The notes beneath the pieces are model-generated. The model had not been told where the DNA came from, did not search any database, and was given only the letters and a program-made list of their open reading frames with translations. A program made the position numbers and the translations under genes. Of a stretch of DNA of 38,690 nucleotides, positions 1 through 9,700 are shown piece by piece; position 1 is the first letter of the stretch; each line of letters opens with the position of its first letter. This DNA is from a virus (Duplodnaviria > Caudoviricetes): the IMG/VR virus record IMGVR_UViG_3300012231_000025, positions 1 to 38,690 of that record. The stretch is one strand, 5' to 3'.

Positions 1-588
1 CATCCCGTCGCACGAACAAAGCGATACCCCTTGCCGGTAATTGTCCGTCGCCTTGAGCCGTCGAAACACGAGATTTTTGCATTGCTTCCGACCTTCCGCC
101 GTCACCAACGGGCCGACGTAGACGCCGTCGCCGCCGGAGCGCTGGACCGCCACGTCGGTTAGCTCCACGTTCGTACACCCGGTCAGGCTAATAGCGTGCC
201 GGAACTCGGTCGCCGGATACCCGTTGGCGATCGTGTACTCCGCTTTACGCATTCTGAACGTGCAGCCCCGCACGGCGACGCTCGACACGCCCACGGCCGC
301 GACCAGACAAGCATCCGGCACGTCGCCGGTCGCCTTGAACGCTCCCGCCGCCGCCTGGATGACCACGCCCGGTTCGCACAAGATCGTGAGGTTGTCGCGT
401 AGACGGATCGTCTTGTCGGTTTCGTAGACCTTCTCCGCGCCCGGCGTCGGGTTGCGAACGACGATGTAGCTCGCCCCGCCGTCGATGAGGGCCTGCAATT
501 CCGCCACGGACGGCGCGTACGCGACGATCTGGGCGTTCACCACCGACGCGAAACAACAGACAGCAAACACGGCCCGTTTCAGTTTCAT
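1..588 (-). CDS. Secreted right-handed parallel beta-helix (pectin-lyase-like) protein, truncated at window edge
   Basis: Not in the ORF track; translated by hand: MKLKRAVFAVCCFASVVNA/QIVAY...LQALIDGGA...FRHAISLTGCTNVELTDVAVQRSGGDGVYVG...ATDNYRQGVSL. Sec-type signal peptide; GDG.Y and N.RQG.S coil motifs; AAAGGA upstream; open to position 1. Confidence 0.8.
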   Translation of the reverse strand, partial: MKLKRAVFAVCCFASVVNAQIVAYAPSVAELQALIDGGASYIVVRNPTPGAEKVYETDKTIRLRDNLTILCEPGVVIQAAAGAFKATGDVPDACLVAAVGVSSVAVRGCTFRMRKAEYTIANGYPATEFRHAISLTGCTNVELTDVAVQRSGGDGVYVGPLVTAEGRKQCKNLVFRRLKATDNYRQGVSLCSCDGM

Positions 589-714
589 CCTTGACCCATT
601 CCTTTCATAGTTTGGCGGCTCAGGTTGCCAAAGCGGACCCGATCGACGTTGCGCCACAAGGAGGTGTAAAAACCAGCGCAGCTTGCGTTTGAAGCCCGTC
701 CACCGCCGGGTTGT

Positions 715-3700
715 CTAAGGTTCCTCGGCTTTGCGTTCGTCGGAAGCAATCGACTGTCGTAGCCCGCGTTCCGTGATCGGAGCGGACTTGGGGTGTGCGT
801 AGCGTTCGTAGAAGGTGAGCAGGCGCTCCCAGCGGTGCCCGCCGGCGACCCCGTAGGCTTCTTTGATGAGCCGGAATGCTTCCTCTCTGCTCGCATATTG
901 AGGCAATATATTGATGCCAAACACTTCTTTCAAGAGGACTTTGATTAAATTTTCGCCCGATCGTCCGGTGGCCGCCTCGTAGATGCGAAACGGCGAGCGC
1001 GTGGCCAGCTTGGGGGCGGGGATGCTCCCCCAGGCGACGTGCTTGGCCGCATCCCACAGTTGCACGATCGCCGGGTCGTTGCGATCCATGATTTCCCGAC
1101 CCCCGTACGCGGTCACATTCGGCCATAGCTCAGCTAGTGGTCCGAACAGGGGCTGACGCATGATGTGGGGGATCCCGATCCCGCCGGGACCAGTGGCGAC
1201 GCGCATTTCGTTGCCCAGCCAGTACAGGTAGCGCATGTCCATCGTGTGCAGGCGGCCTTGCTTGTCCCGCGGCAAGGGCAAGATGGGCTGGAAGTAGCGG
1301 TCGTTCCATCCCTGCAACCAGCCGAACGGGCCTTGGGCATCCCGCGACCGCGACGTATTGAGGATCTTCATCTCGTCGTCGGTCACGCCCAACAGGAGGC
1401 GGCTGGTGAGGTGGATGACCCCAGGCAGAGCGTAGTAGGCCAACACGCGGCCTGGGTGCTCGCGCATACCCTTGATCGTGATCTTGATCGCCTGGTCGCT
1501 GAACGCGGCGAAGGGATCGCCGAAAGGCAGCACCCGCAGCCACTTGGCCGCCTGGCCGAGACGGTTGTAGTTTTGGAACCAGCGGAGGTTTTCCGTCGCT
1601 ATCTCTTCCGGCAGGCCGAGAACTTCCCGGTCGCGGATCCAGCTCGCCACAATGGAGACCTCGTCGATGAAGCCGTACCCTTTGCCCAACTCGTGACCAG
1701 CTTTCTTCGCCCAGAGGTAGAGATCAATGAGGCCGCCAACCACCTGCCCGTGCGGCGCACTGATGAACTCGCTCGCTTTCGCCCCCACGCCGTTGCGGTC
1801 CCAACCCCCGCGGAGGGCGTTCATCCCCAGCAGGTTCTTAACCGTGGGATCGGCGACCCCATTGGAGAGGCGTTTCGCGGCCTCGATGAACACGGCCTTG
1901 TGCGTGAGGGGATTGAGCCCCGCCAGCATCCACGTGAAGGTCTGTCCCAAAACCTGATTGATCCATGTGGTTGTGCTCGTCAGAACGACGATGGACCGGA
2001 AAGCGTTCAGCGCCGACCTCCAGTACTGAGACAAGAACCCGGTGAACACGAGGTCCATTTCGTTGATGGCGTCCTCGACGCCCGCCGGGACATACTTATT
2101 GGCCAAGTCCCAGAGCTTCGGCGTATCCGGCAACTGCCGGTAGCGCATCTGCTCTCCCTCATCGAGGTCGTTGTACTCCGCTTCGCTGATGGCCTCCGTT
2201 TCATTCAGGTAGTGAAACAGCTTCCCGAATGCCACGTTTTTCATCAGGCTGGTGATGGTGCTGCCTAGCAGGATGCGCATGTCCTTGACGGGGCCGAGCC
2301 ATTCAACCTGCTCGTCCTCCAGGGGGGGAATGATCTTCACCCGCTCCTTCACCATCTCGCCGTAGCGGGCCTGATTGCGTTCGATCTCCTGGTCGGCGAA
2401 AGCCTTTGCCGCGTCGGGACTGTCAAACTGCCGCTCCTGAAGATTCGCCTTGCGAACCGTCCACAGCTTCTCGTCCGCGCGCTTGGCCTTGAACATGCCG
2501 AGGGCCAATCTGGGACCGAGCAGCTTGTGCTCCGCCCAGACCATACTCCTCACGGGGTGCCGTTTTTTCTGATGGTAGTTGTACAGCCGCTGAAGGTAGA
2601 TCAACCCCGATGCTTTCCGGGCCTCTACAATTTCCTTCCAGTTTTCCAGGCCCCCCAGTTGGGCCATTTTCAGAAGCCAGGGGGTGGACAGGATTTCGTC
2701 GGTCAGCTCGTCGAGGATGCTCTTGGCGTTGCCCAACCACTCACGCATCGCCGGCGAGATGTCTTCGTAGGGTCGTTTCCCGCGGGCCACCTCCTCAATC
2801 AAGGCATGTTCGGTCAGGGCGTACACGTCCCAGCCTTCCTTGGGCATCGCGTGGCCGATGGTGGTATCGTGTATTTTGTCTATCCGCTCCTGCACCGCCG
2901 CGAGCCGCGCTTCGATGGACGCTTCGTACTCTTCCCGGCTCACCCCGCGGCCGCTCTGCTTTTTCACCCAAGATGCAAAGTGTTCCTTCCACACCGCGCG
3001 CATGTCCGGCGGCATGTTCTCCGGGCGGTTGTGGCCGCCGCCCAGCACGGCCTTGGCGACGCTCTTGATCTCCTTCCATGCTGTTTCGGGCCACTTCGCC
3101 CCGATCCCCTTCTCACGGACTTCCCCCACGTGCCGATTTAATCGTTCGTCGAGGTTGGCGCGATACTCCGCCGCTACGGCAGACGCACCCTTGGCTCTCT
3201 CAAATTCGTTTCTTGTCGCTTGGGACATATTCCAGCCCAAGTCCCAGAGACTCCCGGAGATGGCGTTCGAAATAGCCTGTCCCTTTGCGGTCTTGCGGTT
3301 AAACCAGGGCTTGCTGACCCATTTCTCCCATGAGCGAACATACCACCCGCGCAAGCCGGTCAACGCCGGATTACCCGCGCCCATGGCACCCATCCCGAAC
3401 AACGGCACGTTCCCGCCCCAATTTTCAGTAACCCACGCGCGGTACTCGGGAGTCATATTGGGCGGGAGCAGCGACTCTTCGCGCTTGCCAAACCCCGGTG
3501 AGATTCCCCCGCCGCCGGGCTCCGGCTTCCGCGGACCTTCCCCATCCTCGTCTTCTTCCTCCCCTTCCTGGTCGCCCATGTCTTCCGCGGCTCCGCCCTC
3601 CGCCGCTTTATTTGCCTGGTCCGCGACGGCCGCAATCTCGTCGGTCAGCTTCCGAACCTTCGCGGCTAATTGGTCCAGTTCTTTCTGCTTGCCGAAGGGC

Positions 3701-6700
3701 TTGTCGATGTTGCGCCCGATCTCCGCCAGCTCTTCCTTGGCGGTTGCGAGACGGGCCGCGTACGCAGCCGGGGAAACGTCCATAAGCATGTCCGTTAGAC
3801 CCATGATCCAGGCCCGCAACTGGCCCTCGCTCGGAATGGTCCCCACGCCGCCGACGGTCGGGGGAGCATGAGCGAGGCGGTCCCAATCGCTTCGCATGTC
3901 CGCGGGGGGCGTCATGTGTGCCGTACTCTGCCCAAAGCCGTCGACCTTGACCGCCACGCCGACCCCCCGGAAGGTCCCCAACGGGGTCCAGACGCCGATG
4001 CTGTTGCTTTTGGCGGACTCGAATAGAGCAGCCCCGGCCTCGCCCATCTTGTCGTACTCTTTCCCCCTCACGCTCATGGTGAAGGGCTTCGCGGGCGGCA
4101 GACCCGCGGCCCAATCGGCGATACGTTTCGCCGCCTTCAAGTCCTCGGCCGTCTTCTCGATGATCGCTTTGGTCCGCAGTTCCTTCTTGCGCAGGTCCAT
4201 CTGCGCGTCGCGGTGGTAGCGTAGTTGACCCTGGAGCGTACGCAGTTGTTGATCGGCTTTGGTCCATTCGAGCACGGTTTTGTTTTCGCTCGACTCCGCC
4301 ATCGCTAATTGGAATGACGCGAACCCGATGTCGACGTCCTGGATACGGTCGGCGTCCAAGCGCCCGGACAGGAACTCGCTGATGACCTTCTGCTTGGCGG
4401 CCAACAGGGAATACATGAACTCATCGCTGCTACCTTTGCTAACGTAGCGATACATCCGCACTTCCTGGGGCTTGGTGGGGTCCCCCCAGTTGATGTTGCC
4501 CTGGCGAATGGGGCGGCCCTCCATTTGAGTCAAGAGGGCCGGCGTCCAGGCGGGTTCCATTTGCTGCAAGGCAAGGACGCGCTCCTGCACGTTCACGCCG
4601 GTACCCATCTTGGCCATCGAACCGATGAGGATACGCAGATCCCCGCGGTTGACTTTCTCAAAAAGGGCCTGTTTCTGCTCATCCTTTTGGGCGTCATAGA
4701 TGGTTGCTATCTGATCTCGCGGGACGCCCGCCCCAACAATTTTTTCAATCAGAGCGGAGTAGAGCGCGAAGCCTACCTTGCTCCCCGGCGGCCCCTGGTT
4801 CACGAAAATCAACTGCGTATACCGATGCTTGTGCCCTTCTTTGTAGATCGCCGCCGCCCTCTCGGCCGTCGCGGCAATCTTGTTCCCCGGTTCTTCGGCG
4901 AGCCCTGGCAGGACGAGGCGCATGTCCAAGGCGGCCTTTTTTTCGTCGCTGATGATCGACAGCATAATGTCGTCGCCGGATTTAGGGCGCGGCTTGAGGT
5001 CTCTCACCCGCTGGGCAATGACCTTTCGATATTCAATCTGTGCGGGCGTCGCTTCCAGCACCACCAGCTCATAGGTGCGTTTGCCTCGGCTGTTCATCGC
5101 AAAGATGGGCATCGGCGATGAGCCGACACGCTTGGCTAAGGTTTCCGACACCGCTTCGTGGGCGACAAAGTGGGCGATCTCGTCCCACATCTGGTAGAGG
5201 GCGTGCAGGTTGAGGTACTCGCGCAAGCGGGTGACCATTTTGTATCGACCGGCCACACGTTCCAGGTCCGCGGCCGGCAGAGCGAACATACGCACCCAAT
5301 CGTCGAAGGAACTGATCCCGATCTCGCGGAGCTTTTCCGGCTGAAGGTATCTCTGAATCGCGTAAATCTCGCTGATGGAGTTGTCGATCGGCGTCCCCGT
5401 GGAGAACACCACGCCTCGCCCGTTCTGAAGTTTCTGAACGTAGCGGGCCTTCACATACAAGTCCGTGGTGATCTGGTTCCCCGCCGGATGACCCAACCCC
5501 CGGACGTTGTTCAGTTGGGTCTGAAATCCGAGGTTCTTAACCTTCTGGGACTCGTCGTACATGATCCAATCGAGCCCCAACTCCTCAAAGGTGAGCGTCG
5601 GCGTCCGGCGGATGTCCTCGATTCGTTCCTCCATGCGAGCCTGCAAGTTATCCCGCGCCTTCTCCATCTGTTTGACGCTTTTCTTGGAGGCTTTGTCCGA
5701 ATCTTCGCTCATGTCCGCGATGGACTCCTCCATCGCCTCGATCATTTCGTCGTAATAGCTCCGCAACGTGGCCTCGCCCACCGGGAGCATCGTGAATTGC
5801 TTATGCGGAATGATAAACACGGTGCGTTCCGCGGCGGCGACGCGGGCCAATGTCGCGGCCCGGTTCTTTTCCTGTAGGTCCGACGCCGACAGGGCAATGA
5901 AGTTTCCGCCCGGGTACAGGAGCCGGGCCTGCTTGATGAACTGATTCAGCGTCGCACGCTCGACCACGATGGCGACCTTGCGGGCCAAGCGCAGACGCAG
6001 GGTTTCCATCGCCGCCGCGGTCAGCATGAAGGTTTTGCCGCCGCCCACGGCCACGGCCAACAGGGTGTTGTTGGGAGACGCAATCGCCCGGTAGACCCCG
6101 TCTTTTTGGTGAGGGTCCAACTTGATCTGCGGATTCATCCCCGGAAATGTGAGGTGCGAGCCGTCCCACTTGCGCGGGGCCGTGTTGTTCATTTCCTCGT
6201 TGAACACACGTAGAACGTGCGGACCCCATTTTTTGTGGCTCCAGAGCCAGGTCTCGAAGTAGGCGTTGATCTCCGCCAGCTTCGCCTCCGCGGCCGCCGT
6301 CGCCTCGGGGTTCACCCGTTCTCGTTTCGTGTCGTCGGCGTCGGTGAATTTCTCGGTCACTCGGGGGCTCTTCATGGACAGCTTGGCCTTTATCAGCTCC
6401 ACAAAGTCCATGTCCTTCGTACCCCAAGTCTCCGTTGCGGCGGCGCCCGTCGCGGTCCACGACGGGGCGGAAACGAACCAACGGCCCGTCGCGTTCCCCC
6501 GCCGCACGGATATGGACCTGCGGACCTTCTCCCCCAGGATGCTCACCATGAAGTCTTCGATGGTCTCCGCGGGGATCCACGGGGCGCCGATGACCGGCGC
6601 GATACGCGACGGGGGCTTGTCTTCCGGCTGGACGGCCTTCAGCGCCTCCACGTTGCGCTTGTAGCGGTCCTCCATCTTGGCCAGGCCCTCCGCGTCGCGC

Positions 6701-9700
6701 AGCTTGGCCCTAACATTCCCGGAGAGGTAATCGGAGGCCAGCACCAACTCCTCGGCGGGCATCTCGTACACCAAGGACTCCTCGATCAGGCGGGTTTTGG
6801 CCGTCGCTTCCTCGACGCCGAGCAATTCCGCGATACGAGAAAGGTCCACGCGGTTGCTCTCGTCCAAGGCGATGGACAGGGCATCGCTGGTGTTCTCGGC
6901 GCTACTGGGCGGCCGATACGGTTCGAGCATCCTGCGGGTGAAGATGTCGCCCTTTGTCCCGGTCTTGGTCGCGCGGTCGTAGTTCTCCACCGAACCCAGC
7001 AAAGAGAAGGTCAAGGGGTCGCCGGCCAAAAGCTTGCCGTTCGCGGTGGCGTGAATGGGCGTGATGCCATCCTTCCCGAGGCGGTCGTAAATCTCGTTGA
7101 TCTTTTTTTGCAGCGCGGGCAGTCGTTCATCGCCCTTGGGATCGACCGAAGCCCGCAACACTTCCAGAACGCCGTCACGAAGCTCCACCAGACCTTTGAC
7201 CCGCTGCACGGCTTTAGGCCCGTGCTGTTCCAGCAGAGATCGCTCTACGTTGCCGGAAGGCTCACCCCTGTTCTGCGCTCGCCGCAAGGCGCCATCCGAG
7301 CCGACGAACAGGGCTCCCGCCGGAAGATCATCCGGCGAGGGGACCATCTCCAGAGGGTCGATGCGGTCGGTCCTGCCTCCTTCCACCTTGCCAAAGAGGT
7401 CCCTCGGCAATTTGCTGAGGGCGATCTCAAGATCGCGGGCCAAGTCGAAGCCCTCGGGAGCCTCCACGATCGTATTCGTCGGTGCGTCTTCACTGGTGTA
7501 TTGGGACCCCGCTTTGATGGTGCCGAGGACCATTTCCGGGTGTTTCTGGAAATACTCATTGACCCATCGGTCTTTCAGCGCTTCATAGGGTTTGCTGTGC
7601 AGCCACGCCTCCCCGCCGGGGGCTTCACCTTCGCCCCGTTTCCGCAGAAACAGAATGTCCGCGGTCACCTTTGTGCCGGGCAGTGAATCCTCGTTGAGTC
7701 GCACCGCACCGATGAGGTCCGCACGCTCGCCAAGGTAGGCGCGGACTTTCTCGGACAACTTGTCCATCGTGCCTTTGGTGGTGATGAACGCCACGATCCC
7801 GCCGGGGTGCACCAGGTCCAGCCCGCGAACGAAAAAATAATCGTGGATGAACTCGCGCAGCCCCTTGGGGTAGCGCTTGTCCTTGATGAACAACTGACCG
7901 AATGGGACGTTGGAGATCGCCACGTCGAAGTAATCTTTGGGCAACGCCGCCTCTTCGAACGGGCTGTGCCGCACGTCCGACGCTGGATACAACGCGGCCG
8001 CGATCCCGGCGCTAATGGTGTCTTTCTCAATAGCCACGCGGCGGCTCGCGTCGGCCATGTCCAAGGGCTGCAAACCCAGGAAGTGACCAACGCCGGCGGA
8101 GGTTTCAAGCACGGCGCCACCCAAAAACCCCATTCGTCGCAAGGCTTCCCACATGCCTTGGACGATTTCCGGGGGCGTGTACATTGCGTTCAGCGTTGAA
8201 CTTCGGGCCGCGGCGTATTCCTCGTCGGTGAGCAGCTCGCCAAGTTCTTCGCCCTCCCGACTCCACTCGTTTTTCAGCGTTCCGTAGAGACTCCGAAACG
8301 CTTCGCTCACCGAACCCCAACCCTGATAGCGCACCAGGACGGCTTTCTCGTCTTCCGTCGCGGCGCGGTTTTCCTCTTGAATTTTCTTGAGCGTGCGAAT
8401 GGCTTCTACGTTGCGCTTGAAGATGCTCTTCTTCCCGCTGACGAAAAGCGACGTGGGGTCGGTGATGGAGTAGTCGCTCAACCCGCTTCGTTGGACCGTG
8501 TGGGTGACCTGGACCTCCGGTCTTTCCGGTTCTTCCGGTGGTTCCTTTTTCTCGGCGGGGATTTTTTTTGAGGGGGGTTCCGCTTTTTCCTCTTTCGCTT
8601 GGATAAACGCCTCTTCGGCCTGGAGTTGCCTCTGGTTGGCTTCGTTGAATTTTCCTTTGGCCGCCAAAAAGTAGTCGTTGTCGATGTCGCCCTTGCGGTA
8701 TCGCGCCGCCGTCTGATGGTACTCTTTGCTGGCCGCCGCATAAGCGGCGCGGGCCGCGTCGTATGTTTCTTGCGCCGACTTGGAAACTACTCCGGCAGTT
8801 GGAGGTACTGCCCCGCCACGATCTCGTACGCCTGCTCCGGCTTCATGCCGCTCTCCACCAGGCGGGCGATCGACGCCTCCGCCGCCGCTTGGCGCTCGAG
8901 GGCGTACAGGTGCAGGCGCTCCGCTTTCTCCAGGCGGTTGTACGTCTTTGGGCGCTCTTCCTTCAGGTAGCGAAGGGCCTCCCACCCGAGGTCGCCCAGG
9001 CGTTGGCTCGCCTCCTTGTCGCTCTGCGGTGGGTTCGGGCTCCCGTTCTGCACGTGGTTTTGGTTGTTCTGTTGGCCTAACATGGGGTGTCTCTCCCTTT
9101 ATTATACCACCTATTGGGGCGATAGGTTCTATCTTTGGCGGTTTTTCTTCGCGGGGCGGCTCCGGGACGGGGGGCAGAGCAAGCGTCGTTTTACGAATGG
9201 CCCTCTGCTCCGCTTCTTTCAGCAGCGGCAGGCCGAGTTTGTTCTCCTGCACGTACTCGTCGAGGGCCATCAGGAGGGTAATGTCGTCTTGGTATCTTCC
9301 GGGATTGTTAGTGAGGTACTTGCGGGTTGCTTCGAGCCCCTTGGGGAGCGTGCGCCCGGTGATAGCCTCATACAAAGTCCTCGTTTTTTTATTATCAGGC
9401 CACAGCGATTGGGAATCGCCCCCCTTGAGCAGGGCCCGCCGCAAGTCCCAAATGTAAGCCTGCTTGTAGCCCTCGACTTCCGCCGTCGTCGGCGGCCGTC
9501 CTTTCACGTTGCGCAGCAGCAACCAGGTCAGGCGATCCACGATACGCTTGCTTCGATCGACCTCGGCGTTGCTCTTGTCGATCACGCCGGTCAGAGACGC
9601 CGGAGGCGCCGGAGTAGTGAGTTCGGGCCGGACCGGCACCCCCGGCTGTTGTGGTTCGGGACGTTTACCAGCCTCAATCGCATCGCGGACGGCGGCGAGT

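Noticed and set aside
3608-6580. Same-strand alternative-frame ORFs 3608-4267 and 5801-6580 as further nested genes
   Set aside because: R/G-rich off-frame composition and they overlap conserved helicase sequence, unlike 8787-9083.
8557-8580. Homopolymer runs (T8, G6) just before the MTase domain as a frameshift or phase-variation site
   Set aside because: The frame is intact, the runs encode a K/P-rich linker, and no stimulatory structure or useful alternative frame was seen.
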